Shown one piece after another: positions 45,832-54,505 of a stretch of 64,000 nucleotides of DNA (its first letter is position 1; every line of letters begins with the position of its first letter). Under the pieces are notes generated by a model. The model did no database searches. It was not told the DNA's origin and saw only the letters and a list, made by a program, of their open reading frames with translations. Source of the stretch: a phage. The stretch lies in the NCBI GenBank assembly GCA_024683775.1, contig GCA_024683775.1_4106.1; one strand, given 5' to 3'. A program made the translations under genes and the position numbers.

Positions 45832-46239
45832 ATGACTACTACCAATCAAGCTCGGAACATCACCAACGATAAAAATCATGCTGCAATGGTCGCTGGATAC
45901 ATTGAAGCTATGCAATTCAGTACTGTATACAATGAGAACGGCGATTACCTGGAAGATTATGAATTATCAGAGCAAGCCCATCAAGCGGCAGTGATTGCAT
46001 GTTCACGTTTCCTTGCTGTACATGGTGAAGATATGGAAACAGTACAAAAACACCATAATCCTGATTATACTTATAGTCATGCAGGTCATGATCTCTTTCT
46101 TACTCGCGAAGGTCACGGCACTGGTTTTTGGGATCGTGGTTTAGGTCACTATGGCGATGTATTCACGAAGTACTGCGAAGAAATCAACGTTTGCGATCCC
46201 TATGTAGGCGATGATAACTTAATCTATATGGGCGAATAA
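45832..46239 (+). CDS. hypothetical early protein (135 aa), His/Gly-rich C-terminal half
   Basis: ORF with promoter, stem-loop, SD AAAGGAA. Confidence 0.7.
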   Translation: MTTTNQARNITNDKNHAAMVAGYIEAMQFSTVYNENGDYLEDYELSEQAHQAAVIACSRFLAVHGEDMETVQKHHNPDYTYSHAGHDLFLTREGHGTGFWDRGLGHYGDVFTKYCEEINVCDPYVGDDNLIYMGE

Positions 46240-46328
46240 AAGTATTTGACAAAGTATATCAGTACTGTATAATAGTTTACATCAAGGGGAGAATAGTTCT
46301 CCCCACACCAATAAAAGGAAACAAAATT

Positions 46329-46601
46329 ATGTCCAGCTACTCCGCTACTATGATCATTAAAGATATGAACGGTAATCCTACTTCTGCTGGTGGATCATTT
46401 GGAAATATTAACTTAGATGGGCGGTTATCCATGCAATCAGCCATCGATGCAGCGAAAGAAGTTTTTAAGAATGAATGTACTGTTAGTAAGCTGGATTATA
46501 TGGGTTTCGCTATCGAGAAAACTACTCGTTTTGTGAACTACAAAAATCCACTGATGATTGATACTAACCTGAAAGCTAACGAAGTGGGGTACTTATTATG
46601 A
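46329..46601 (+). CDS. hypothetical early protein (90 aa)
   Basis: Upstream region (46243-46300) is a near-copy of the 45752 promoter/stem-loop; SD AAAGGAA. Confidence 0.7.
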   Translation: MSSYSATMIIKDMNGNPTSAGGSFGNINLDGRLSMQSAIDAAKEVFKNECTVSKLDYMGFAIEKTTRFVNYKNPLMIDTNLKANEVGYLL

Positions 46602-46789
46602 CAGTAGAAGAAGTAAAAAAAGTACTGGCAGTACTACGATATCATAATCATTGCAAGGTGAAGAATGATCCTGATTATCTTGATTCATCCCTGGAGGAAG
46701 ACACCTTGAACGCTATAAGCCATATGCAGACATTAGCAAAGCGTATGACTGAAAAGAACATGCCGGACTATATCGGAAATAAAATTTAA
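46598..46789 (+). CDS. hypothetical early protein (63 aa)
   Basis: ATGA overlap with previous gene. Confidence 0.55.
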   Translation: MTVEEVKKVLAVLRYHNHCKVKNDPDYLDSSLEEDTLNAISHMQTLAKRMTEKNMPDYIGNKI

Positions 46790-46876
46790 AAAGTACTTGC
46801 ATTGTAGTTAGATTAACGTATAATGTTTTATATCGAGAGGGGGAAATGGTTTCCCCTCAAGTCCAGGAGATACACC

Positions 46877-47140
46877 ATGAACACTATCGAAATCACTATC
46901 AATGCACACGTATACGACAACGTAGTACTGCAAACTACTATGACCGCCAATGATACCAGTACTTTGCGGAATACTGTTATTAGTGCCGTATGTGCCGCTA
47001 TCGGTGATGTCGCCCTGGAAAATGCAAAACACGTAAACGATGGTTTCACTATGTGCAAACGTGATAACGCAAAACATATCATCGTGGAAGGTTACGGCGG
47101 TGTAGAATTTAATGTTTATATGAAAAAAGTACTTGCATAA
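46877..47140 (+). CDS. hypothetical early protein (87 aa)
   Basis: Start at ATG 46877 after promoter + stem-loop GGGGGAAATGGTTTCCCC + SD AGGAGA. Confidence 0.65.
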   Translation: MNTIEITINAHVYDNVVLQTTMTANDTSTLRNTVISAVCAAIGDVALENAKHVNDGFTMCKRDNAKHIIVEGYGGVEFNVYMKKVLA

Positions 47141-47207
47141 TAACTAAAACAAAGTATAATGTTTTGCATAGGGGGAGATATCCTCCCCCACTAAAAGGAG
47201 TAATAAA

Positions 47208-47432
47208 ATGGCTAACTTTGATGAACTGATGCGGGAAGTAGCTAACCTGGCAGAAGAGAAGAAATCATTCGATTCTATCTATAACACCGCTCACCGTGAT
47301 TCAGTACTGGCATGTAACCAGGATCAAAAAGATGAACTAATCGCCACCTATCATGAAGCATGGAAGTACTACCGACAATGGGAGAAAGAAGAAAGTGAGT
47401 CTACCATTGACGGCCTCAATAATCTAATCTAA
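47208..47432 (+). CDS. hypothetical early protein (74 aa)
   Basis: Promoter + stem-loop GGGGGAGATATCCTCCCCC + SD AAGGAG. Confidence 0.65.
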   Translation: MANFDELMREVANLAEEKKSFDSIYNTAHRDSVLACNQDQKDELIATYHEAWKYYRQWEKEESESTIDGLNNLI

Positions 47433-47508
47433 AAGTTTTATTTCAGTACTATTGACATAGCTTGATAGTACTGATGTAATAACTTTACTAACTACAAGGG
47501 GAAACATA

Positions 47509-47766
47509 ATGGATCAGTTCACACAATATCGGGTAAATCCTCAAGCTATGGCCTACGTAGAAGACCATAAAACGTTACCAGTACTGCAACCAGTTAAAGG
47601 CCATATCTATCGTGCAATGTCGTGGTGTACGGCCCAGGATGGCTATAAAACCGTAGCCGTGGGTATGTATTGCGGTGATGGTGAATGGTTTGATCCAAAT
47701 AATCCGGTATCCATTGACAGTACTGAAAAAATGAAATGGGCCGACTACATCGAAGATATTTCATAA
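47509..47766 (+). CDS. hypothetical early protein (85 aa)
   Basis: TTGACA 47452-57 / TGTAAT promoter; SD AAGGGGAAA. Confidence 0.65.
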   Translation: MDQFTQYRVNPQAMAYVEDHKTLPVLQPVKGHIYRAMSWCTAQDGYKTVAVGMYCGDGEWFDPNNPVSIDSTEKMKWADYIEDIS

Positions 47767-47856
47767 AAACTATTTGACAGTACTAACCAGTAATGTATAA
47801 TGTTTTACATAGAGCGGGGGAATAGTTCTCCCGCCAATAGTTTGGAGTAAAACATT

Positions 47857-48057
47857 ATGTCTATCGCTATCGCCCTGGTTGAAGTACTGAAAGAAGCTAA
47901 AGCCAACCAGATCGACGTAAAGATCCAGGAACTACAAAACGGCTTAATCGGCTGTACTTGTACCGCTGGTGGAGCGGCAGACTATCGAGAACACGAATCA
48001 CTCGAATCACTGGTTCGGTATCTTACCATGATCGTTGATGATTGGAGAATCATCTAA
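47857..48057 (+). CDS. hypothetical early protein (66 aa)
   Basis: Promoter + stem-loop GCGGGGGAATAGTTCTCCCGCC + SD GGAG. Confidence 0.65.
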   Translation: MSIAIALVEVLKEAKANQIDVKIQELQNGLIGCTCTAGGAADYREHESLESLVRYLTMIVDDWRII

Positions 48058-48071
48058 CAAAAAAGAATAAA

Positions 48072-48098
48072 AAAAGGGATTGACTCCGGTCAGTCCTT
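48072..48098 (+). terminator. conserved hairpin of the recurrent intergenic module (copy 4)
   Basis: AAGGGATTGACTCCGGTCAGTCCTTTT then GCTATTATATA. Confidence 0.5.
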
Positions 48099-48302
48099 TT
48101 GCTATTATATACGCATAGACAAAAACTAGCCCACAGGGTGCATAGGTGTATCCAAAATATATAGTTAATAACGGTGAGTAACTATCTGCTGGTGGAACTA
48201 AAACTATTAATAAAAAAGTATTGACAAAGTATATCAGTACTGCAATAATGTATCTCGTAGGGCGGCAATGGTGCGACGGCCCACAAAGTTAGGAGATTCA
48301 AA

Positions 48303-48638
48303 ATGACTACTTCAATCGCTATCGTTAAAGCTTTCATCCGTACTAATGTTTCCTCTGTATTCATCGACGGCCTCGACCGTAACGTAGAATACTCAATCAT
48401 TATCGCACAAACGGCAAACGGTTCTCGGTACATCCTGAATGATAGTGAAGCAAATCACTACTACTTCACTAAAGCCACTGGCTTTAAACGCATCGATGCT
48501 GATGTAGTATACGCTAAGATGAATAAGCTGGTAGACAAGATTAACGCGAAAGGTACTATCGATTTACAGTACTGGACCGAAACCGATCCAGAGTATGGAT
48601 CTCACCGCTACCTGAATCCAGGTATTAAAATGAAATAG
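48303..48638 (+). CDS. hypothetical early protein (111 aa)
   Basis: TTGACA..(spacer)..GCAATAAT promoter-like box at 48223-48250; SD AGGAGA. Confidence 0.65.
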   Translation: MTTSIAIVKAFIRTNVSSVFIDGLDRNVEYSIIIAQTANGSRYILNDSEANHYYFTKATGFKRIDADVVYAKMNKLVDKINAKGTIDLQYWTETDPEYGSHRYLNPGIKMK

Positions 48639-48723
48639 TACTTGCATAGTACTTAGATTCATGTATAATGTTTTACATAGAGAGGGGGAAATGGTTCTCC
48701 CTCCTAAATTAAGGAGTTTTATC

Positions 48724-49125
48724 ATGACCTTCTCAATCACTTCCTTCGCTGACGTTTTAGTACTGGCCCGGACTTTTGGTAAAGCTGGCCTTGAACACGC
48801 TGTAAGTAATGGTCATATGCACCCTGAATATTGCCGCATCATTGGAAGCTGCAAACGTTGGGCAGTGTCCCGTAATATTGAGATTGAAAACTTCAATGAC
48901 GGCAACAACGAATATACAGTTGATGCAGTATTCGAAGCCGTTGATCTCGGCGGTATCTATAACACTAACCTGAATGATGTGCGTATCGTTCGCACGGGGT
49001 TCGGTGCTTATGATGTATCTATCCGTGAAGCTATGGACAAGGGATACATTAGCAAGGACCAGTTAGCTTACATCATGCAGCAAACTAAGGAGCGTAATGA
49101 AGCACGTACTATCTTAGGGCTGTAA
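48724..49125 (+). CDS. hypothetical early protein (133 aa)
   Basis: Start at ATG 48724 after promoter + stem-loop GGGGGAAATGGTTCTCCC + SD AAGGAG. Confidence 0.7.
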   Translation: MTFSITSFADVLVLARTFGKAGLEHAVSNGHMHPEYCRIIGSCKRWAVSRNIEIENFNDGNNEYTVDAVFEAVDLGGIYNTNLNDVRIVRTGFGAYDVSIREAMDKGYISKDQLAYIMQQTKERNEARTILGL

Positions 49126-49148
49126 GCAATACACATCACCAAACATCA

Positions 49149-49168
49149 TAGGCCGCTCTCTAGCGGCC
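49149..49168 (+). other. GC-rich hairpin (possible terminator or processing site)
   Basis: AGGCCGCT-CTCT-AGCGGCCT perfect 8-bp stem; no T-run after it. Confidence 0.4.
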
Positions 49169-49193
49169 TTAACTATATCAGGAGTACATACAC

Positions 49194-49403
49194 ATGATCT
49201 ATACAGTATATAGCGTTCTAGGCACTATTGCAGGCGTACATGATAACGTCGATGGTGCTATGCGTACAGTACTGCAACAGGTTCCACTAAAGCCTAAGAC
49301 CATTAAGCAGATGACAGCACGACTAACCAGGGCGACGGCTGGCGTGGAAGTATGGCAGGACTATGGGGATACACAGATAATCGTAAGCGTAACGAAGGAT
49401 TAA
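49194..49403 (+). CDS. hypothetical protein (69 aa)
   Basis: ORF with SD AGGAG. Confidence 0.6.
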   Translation: MIYTVYSVLGTIAGVHDNVDGAMRTVLQQVPLKPKTIKQMTARLTRATAGVEVWQDYGDTQIIVSVTKD

Positions 49404-49432
49404 TGCGTAAAAGGATTTAGTACTGAATCATA

Positions 49433-49512
49433 AAAAAGTCAAGGCATTTTTAAACTTCAGCGTTAAAAAAATGCATAGGTAATCCCTTGACTTTTATGAA
49501 TAAAAAGGGATT
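49433..49512. other. nested inverted-repeat element at the boundary of the early region and the LGTNYQ array
   Basis: AAAAGTCAAGG (49433-44) pairs with CCTTGACTTTT (49485-95); inner GCATTTTTA/TAAAAATGC; adjacent AATCCCTT..AAGGGATT (49481-49512). Confidence 0.5.
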
Positions 49513-49652
49513 GGACTATGGCAAAATGCGTAGGGGGCTAAAGGGCGGGTAACCTTAGCGACTTCGATAAAGGGGTATTACTTATAAAATGTTATTGACT
49601 TTTTATATGAATCGTATATTATTGGATTGATATTATTTTTAATGGAGTCCCT

Positions 49653-49850
49653 ATGCGTATTTTAACTCAAGAAGAGCACAACCACACACTCATATCCAAC
49701 ATGGCATATATCCTACATATGTCACATATCCGTGGTATTGCATATAAGCGTGAATTGGTTATGAAACTTTTCATAGGAACTAACTATCAAGAAAAGTATA
49801 TCGAACTATACTTACAAGAATTACGAAGGGACATAAAAGGTAGACTATGA
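49653..49850 (+). CDS. LGTNYQ-family small protein, member 1
   Basis: 65-aa ORF; SD GGAG; core FIGTNYQEKY. Confidence 0.65.
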   Translation: MRILTQEEHNHTLISNMAYILHMSHIRGIAYKRELVMKLFIGTNYQEKYIELYLQELRRDIKGRL

Positions 49851-50047
49851 AAATGCGTATTTTAAATAAAGAAGATTATCAAGAACTGTTACGTAAAAAC
49901 ATGGTAAAGATTTATAACACAGACACAAACTTAGAACGAATTGAGTTATACCTTTTGATTACATTGGGAACAAGCTATCAGGGAAGATGGGTGATTCAAT
50001 ATATGGATGCATTGAAAAATGAAATATTATCCACGAGGAAACAATGA
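49847..50047 (+). CDS. LGTNYQ-family small protein, member 2
   Basis: ATGA overlap with previous stop; core LGTSYQGRW. Confidence 0.65.
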   Translation: MKMRILNKEDYQELLRKNMVKIYNTDTNLERIELYLLITLGTSYQGRWVIQYMDALKNEILSTRKQ

Positions 50048-50253
50048 AAACTATAACACGAACCCAATCATACGGTCTTATCTTGAGATACATGGACTTA
50101 ATGTTGGATATCAGAAAAGACCTTCCTAAAACTGCAATTGAAGTTGCAAGAGCAGAGATCCGCATGTTGGCTGTACTGAACACAAACCATCAGGAAGAGT
50201 ATGTTGACGATTGGATTCGATTTTTAATAGAAGATATTAAGAGGAAACTATGA
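50044..50253 (+). CDS. LGTNYQ-family small protein, member 3
   Basis: ATGA overlap; core VLNTNHQEEY. Confidence 0.65.
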   Translation: MKTITRTQSYGLILRYMDLMLDIRKDLPKTAIEVARAEIRMLAVLNTNHQEEYVDDWIRFLIEDIKRKL

Positions 50254-50462
50254 TTTTTTTAACACCAGAAGAATATAAGATACGTTTTGTTTCTGTCCAG
50301 AATAAAATCTTAATTATATACAATTCAAATGCAGACCTTAACTTATCAAGGGTATTAGAAAAAGATTTACTTATGGGTGCATTTTTGGATACAGACTTTC
50401 AGGTGTATTATGTAGGGGAATACTTAATTGCACTCCAGAATTACATTAAGAGTAAACTATGA
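50250..50462 (+). CDS. LGTNYQ-family small protein, member 4
   Basis: ATGA overlap; core FLDTDFQVYY; C-term ALQNYIKSKL. Confidence 0.65.
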   Translation: MIFLTPEEYKIRFVSVQNKILIIYNSNADLNLSRVLEKDLLMGAFLDTDFQVYYVGEYLIALQNYIKSKL

Positions 50463-50671
50463 ATAGCATTAACTCAAATCTATATACCGAACGCGTCGCT
50501 GCAAGACAACTTGAAATTCTCATAGTATATGAAGAGACTGATGATTTGAACTTAGCATTAGTATTGGAAAATGATATACTATTGGGTGCATTCCTCGGCA
50601 CAGATTATCAGGAGCACTTCTTGAATGAGTATATAATTGCACTCCAGAAATACATTAAGAGCAAACTATGA
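50459..50671 (+). CDS. LGTNYQ-family small protein, member 5
   Basis: ATGA overlap; core FLGTDYQEHF; close paralog of member 4. Confidence 0.65.
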   Translation: MNSINSNLYTERVAARQLEILIVYEETDDLNLALVLENDILLGAFLGTDYQEHFLNEYIIALQKYIKSKL

Positions 50672-50886
50672 AACATTTAAGTAATTCCGAGAAGAATAAA
50701 ATTATCATTGCTGCAATAAACAAATATTTTACACTTCCTCACACAGAAGGTTTATGTGTAAGGGAACACAGGATAAACACCACCGATATACGCATGATGG
50801 CTGTACTGGGGACGAACTTTCAGGAAGAGTATGTTGTTGCACACATAGTTGCCCTCACTGATCTAATAAGGGACAAATGTAAATGA
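50668..50886 (+). CDS. LGTNYQ-family small protein, member 6
   Basis: ATGA overlap; core VLGTNFQEEY. Confidence 0.65.
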   Translation: MKHLSNSEKNKIIIAAINKYFTLPHTEGLCVREHRINTTDIRMMAVLGTNFQEEYVVAHIVALTDLIRDKCK

Positions 50887-51140
50887 AACACTTAACACTA
50901 GATGAATATGAAACTATAGTCCGTAAACTAACCCCTATAGCAAGGATAGTCTACGATGACCCCAGCCTTACATGGAACCAAATGCGAGCTAAAGTTAATG
51001 AGCTATGGTTGCTGTACTTTATGGGGACTCAATATCAAGATAAGTTTTGCACAGAATATGTCGAACAATTAATGAATGTTATACAGGATAAACTAGATGA
51101 TTATTGGCTCACAAAACATGAAGACTTTATCAGGAGTTGA
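50883..51140 (+). CDS. LGTNYQ-family small protein, member 7
   Basis: ATGA overlap; core FMGTQYQDKF. Confidence 0.6.
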   Translation: MKHLTLDEYETIVRKLTPIARIVYDDPSLTWNQMRAKVNELWLLYFMGTQYQDKFCTEYVEQLMNVIQDKLDDYWLTKHEDFIRS

Positions 51141-51369
51141 GTATCAAACTGCCCTATTCTCTTTAATCCATACCCTTAGAAAAAACAATGCCTTACATGG
51201 TGCACCTGAAGTGGATGTTATCAACGGTGAACTTTATCTTATGAAATTCATTGGAACAAACTATCAAGATCTGTTCATTCAACGATACTTATCAGCATTA
51301 AGAAACCAAATCCAATATAAAACCATCAAGGCCAAAAAAGAATGGAATAAACAATGCGACACAGACTAA
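51118..51369 (+). CDS. LGTNYQ-family small protein, member 8
   Basis: Start chosen at ATG 51118 (tracked ORF starts 51097); core FIGTNYQDLF. Confidence 0.6.
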   Translation: MKTLSGVEYQTALFSLIHTLRKNNALHGAPEVDVINGELYLMKFIGTNYQDLFIQRYLSALRNQIQYKTIKAKKEWNKQCDTD

Positions 51370-51605
51370 ATCACAAAATGTATTGTAAACTATTACAGAC
51401 ACTGGCACAGAAACACTATGACACGGTATCTGGAATATTACCCTATGATATCATGCGTTTACTTCACTGTGAGGCCGAGATGCTTGTACTGATGACAGGC
51501 ACTGATAAAAAAGCAATTGTCAAATCAATAGATATGTTCATCGAAGCACAATGTCAACACATTAGAACCGAGATATGGAGGCGAGAGAATGATAACCCTA
51601 AATGA
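51354..51605 (+). CDS. LGTNYQ-family small protein, member 9 (divergent core LMTGTDKK)
   Basis: ORF in array; start uncertain. Confidence 0.5.
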   Translation: MRHRLNHKMYCKLLQTLAQKHYDTVSGILPYDIMRLLHCEAEMLVLMTGTDKKAIVKSIDMFIEAQCQHIRTEIWRRENDNPK

Positions 51606-51804
51606 GTTTCAGTATCATTGGAGATTACAAGCTATAAGAAGGAAAGTTGTTAGTATTTCTTTAGACAAGTCTATTGCACAAGAGGACAAATGTGTTATAA
51701 TAGCTGAAATGAAGTTGGGTGCTTTCGTAGGGACAAACTATCAAAACATCTACACTGACGTATTGTTAAGTGCCTTACGTAACAAGGTGATATCAAAAGA
51801 ATGA
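51589..51804 (+). CDS. LGTNYQ-family small protein, member 10
   Basis: core FVGTNYQNIY. Confidence 0.65.
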   Translation: MITLNEFQYHWRLQAIRRKVVSISLDKSIAQEDKCVIIAEMKLGAFVGTNYQNIYTDVLLSALRNKVISKE

Positions 51805-52019
51805 GAAAATTACAAGGCTTTGAATACATCAGACTCCTGAAAACATGCACCAGCAGAAGGAAAATCTTATCAAGCAACAAGAGCATCCCTGCCAACCTAA
51901 AACATGCAATGATAGCTGAACTCTATGTAGAAGCACTCATAGGGACAAACTATCAACAAATGTATATAGACATGTGGGTTGATGCATTAGTCAAGGAGAT
52001 CAAAAGTAAATGCAAATGA
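51801..52019 (+). CDS. LGTNYQ-family small protein, member 11
   Basis: ATGA overlap; core LIGTNYQQMY. Confidence 0.65.
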   Translation: MRKLQGFEYIRLLKTCTSRRKILSSNKSIPANLKHAMIAELYVEALIGTNYQQMYIDMWVDALVKEIKSKCK

Positions 52020-52228
52020 TTAATTTAAGTAAAGATGAATATTATGATCGTCTTGCAAAAACTTATCCAGCACGTAACGCCGTTTATAATAGTAACATTA
52101 TTGAACGCTCAAAGAAGTTGATTGTAGTAAATGAGATTAAGATGCTTTCAGTCTTAGGAACAAACTATCAAGAGAATGCTGTACTGTTGTTAATTGATGC
52201 CCTCAAGAGAGAGATACAAAGTAAATGA
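52010..52228 (+). CDS. LGTNYQ-family small protein, member 12
   Basis: core VLGTNYQENA. Confidence 0.65.
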   Translation: MQMINLSKDEYYDRLAKTYPARNAVYNSNIIERSKKLIVVNEIKMLSVLGTNYQENAVLLLIDALKREIQSK

Positions 52229-52461
52229 TTCATTTATCTTACCATGATTATCAAAAACGTTTAAATGCATCAAGGGATATAAGGATTCAAATCTTCAATA
52301 ACAAAAAATTGAAACCTGATAACAGAAGAATCAAAATGATAGAAGCAGAGTTATGCAACTTCCTGGGGACGAACTATCAGGCAGGTAAGGTAAAAAACTA
52401 TCTTAGAGAACTAATGAATTGTATCGAAAATAAATGCGATGCTTTGGAGAATAAAAAATGA
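52225..52461 (+). CDS. LGTNYQ-family small protein, member 13
   Basis: ATGA overlap; core FLGTNYQAGK. Confidence 0.65.
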   Translation: MIHLSYHDYQKRLNASRDIRIQIFNNKKLKPDNRRIKMIEAELCNFLGTNYQAGKVKNYLRELMNCIENKCDALENKK

Positions 52462-52715
52462 TCAATTTAAGTAAAGATGAATATACCGAGCGTATGACAA
52501 AAATTACACACAAACGTAATACAATCTATCACAACCAAAAAATTCAACACAGTAAGAAAATGATTATGATGCGTGAGTTAAAGATGGGTGTATTCTTGGG
52601 AACAAACTATCAAGAGCCAGAAGTAAATCGATTAATTGATGAGTTACTATTGGAAATCAAAGGTAAGCTGTACTTTTATCAAATGACCCGTCCACTAAGG
52701 TGTACTGATCGATGA
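52458..52715 (+). CDS. LGTNYQ-family small protein, member 14
   Basis: ATGA overlap; core FLGTNYQEPE; N-term MINLSKDEY like member 12. Confidence 0.65.
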   Translation: MINLSKDEYTERMTKITHKRNTIYHNQKIQHSKKMIMMRELKMGVFLGTNYQEPEVNRLIDELLLEIKGKLYFYQMTRPLRCTDR

Positions 52716-52954
52716 ATATTGTGAATAACATCAGATTAGCAGAAAGATTTGATAGAATTGGGGAAGCTATGAGAAGATACGATAAAGAATATGGTCATTT
52801 AAGCTTTACGATAGAAAAGAGATATGAACTTGAAGCAGAGTTTAAAATGCAGTTCCTTTTAGGTACACAGTATCAAAACCAATATGTAGAAAAATGGATT
52901 TCACTTTTAATCCAGACAATTTACGTAAGGAACATTAAATGCAAAATGAAATGA
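52712..52954 (+). CDS. LGTNYQ-family small protein, member 15
   Basis: ATGA overlap; core LLGTQYQNQY. Confidence 0.65.
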   Translation: MNIVNNIRLAERFDRIGEAMRRYDKEYGHLSFTIEKRYELEAEFKMQFLLGTQYQNQYVEKWISLLIQTIYVRNIKCKMK

Positions 52955-53175
52955 TATACTTAACACATGATGAGTTAACAGAAAGACTAGATAAATCCAA
53001 AAAACTTACAAAATATCTTCCACACAACCCAAACCAAACCCCAGCAGAAAGGAGTGCAGAAGTTTTATTCCAAACATTACCATACCTTCTTGGAACTGAT
53101 AGGCAAGAGTATCATATTGAACGTATAATTAAATATCTCAAAATTACTATTATGGAAAAAGTAAATGCAAAGTGA
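52939..53175 (+). CDS. LGTNYQ-family small protein, member 16
   Basis: core LLGTDRQEYH; N-term MQNEMIYLTHDEL. Confidence 0.6.
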   Translation: MQNEMIYLTHDELTERLDKSKKLTKYLPHNPNQTPAERSAEVLFQTLPYLLGTDRQEYHIERIIKYLKITIMEKVNAK

Positions 53176-53395
53176 AATGATATACTTAACGAATGAAGAA
53201 TTTCAAGAGAAGATGTTAAAAGCCAATAACATTACTCTTAAGTTCGTTCCAAATCAATCAATATATGAAATGTCTGCGAATGTATTGTTTCAGAAGCTAC
53301 CATACGTTCTTGGAACTGATAAACAAGAATTTATGGTTCAAAATATGATTGAACATCTTGTAATGAGTATTAAGGAAAAAGTAAATGCAAAATGA
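53165..53395 (+). CDS. LGTNYQ-family small protein, member 17
   Basis: core VLGTDKQEFM; N-term MQSEMIYLTNEEF; start could be the second ATG (53177). Confidence 0.6.
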   Translation: MQSEMIYLTNEEFQEKMLKANNITLKFVPNQSIYEMSANVLFQKLPYVLGTDKQEFMVQNMIEHLVMSIKEKVNAK

Positions 53396-53642
53396 AATGA
53401 AATACTTAACAGACGATGAGTTAAAAGAACGATTAATTAAATCCAGAAAACTTACAAATCAACTTCCAAACGACACAAACAAGTCACCTGCCGAAAGGAG
53501 TGCAGAAGTTTTATACATTCAACTCATGTACTTTCTTGGAACTGACAGACAAGAGTATTACATTGAAAGTATGCTTCGATATCTTAAATTCTCTATAAAG
53601 GAAAAGATACATGCTCAAGAATTTAAAAATCCTAACAGTTAA
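53385..53642 (+). CDS. LGTNYQ-family small protein, member 18
   Basis: core FLGTDRQEYY; paralog of member 16. Confidence 0.6.
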   Translation: MQNEMKYLTDDELKERLIKSRKLTNQLPNDTNKSPAERSAEVLYIQLMYFLGTDRQEYYIESMLRYLKFSIKEKIHAQEFKNPNS

Positions 53643-53868
53643 TGAATATCATAAGATTGTAATGAAAACTAATAGTGCAATTTCTAAAAAATCAAACCCA
53701 AAGTACATACTGGAACACACATTTGAAGAACGTCAATTAGCTTTAGTTGAAGCAAAACTTCTTGCACTCCTAGGAACAAACTATCAGGAAGAATACATCA
53801 GAAAACTAATATACCTTTTAACTAAACACATCAGGAAAAGAAAAAAGCATGAAGCACTTGACAGATGA
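53611..53868 (+). CDS. LGTNYQ-family small protein, member 19
   Basis: core LLGTNYQEEY. Confidence 0.6.
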   Translation: MLKNLKILTVNEYHKIVMKTNSAISKKSNPKYILEHTFEERQLALVEAKLLALLGTNYQEEYIRKLIYLLTKHIRKRKKHEALDR

Positions 53869-54079
53869 TGAACATGGGCTTATAGTAATGGATGTAATCA
53901 ACATCGAATACAAAAAGTTGATACGCTACCGTTGTTATGAAGATAAGCAACTCGTTCTAGCAGAACAGAAGTTGTTTCGACTCTTAAACACAAACTTCCA
54001 AGCACAATACGAAGAATCGTATATGTACCTTTTGGCGAGGAAAGCAAAAAGAGATTATGAAAATTTTAAGCCACAGTGA
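53849..54079 (+). CDS. LGTNYQ-family small protein, member 20
   Basis: core LLNTNFQAQY. Confidence 0.6.
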   Translation: MKHLTDDEHGLIVMDVINIEYKKLIRYRCYEDKQLVLAEQKLFRLLNTNFQAQYEESYMYLLARKAKRDYENFKPQ

Positions 54080-54272
54080 ACAAACAGAATTGTTAATCTT
54101 TAATACAAGTAAATTCTTAAACATAACATTGTCTGATATAGATGAGGATGAAAAAGAGTTACTTAGAGCAGATTTAAGAGTTCTTTTATATATTGGAACT
54201 AACTTCCAAGAGCAATTCGTTGAGGACTACATCGATGAACTTAAAGAATCTGTACTGAGAACATGCAAATGA
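54057..54272 (+). CDS. LGTNYQ-family small protein, member 21
   Basis: core YIGTNFQEQF. Confidence 0.6.
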   Translation: MKILSHSEQTELLIFNTSKFLNITLSDIDEDEKELLRADLRVLLYIGTNFQEQFVEDYIDELKESVLRTCK

Positions 54273-54505
54273 AAATCCTTTCACCAAGTGAATACCACGA
54301 ACTATTAAGTAGTTTAATTCTAAAATTGTATATAGCAAAGACCACAGATTTACCTGATGAAGAAAAAAATATTCTAATGAGTGAAATCTATGTTAATTCT
54401 ACCCTAGGGACTAACTATCAAGAATGTAATATTAATGATTACATCAAAGAACTAAAAAGGTTTATCCAATGCAAATGCGAATCATTACTGAAACAGAATA
54501 CCTAA
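54263..54505 (+). CDS. LGTNYQ-family small protein, member 22
   Basis: core TLGTNYQECN; N-term MQMKILSPSEY. Confidence 0.6.
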   Translation: MQMKILSPSEYHELLSSLILKLYIAKTTDLPDEEKNILMSEIYVNSTLGTNYQECNINDYIKELKRFIQCKCESLLKQNT

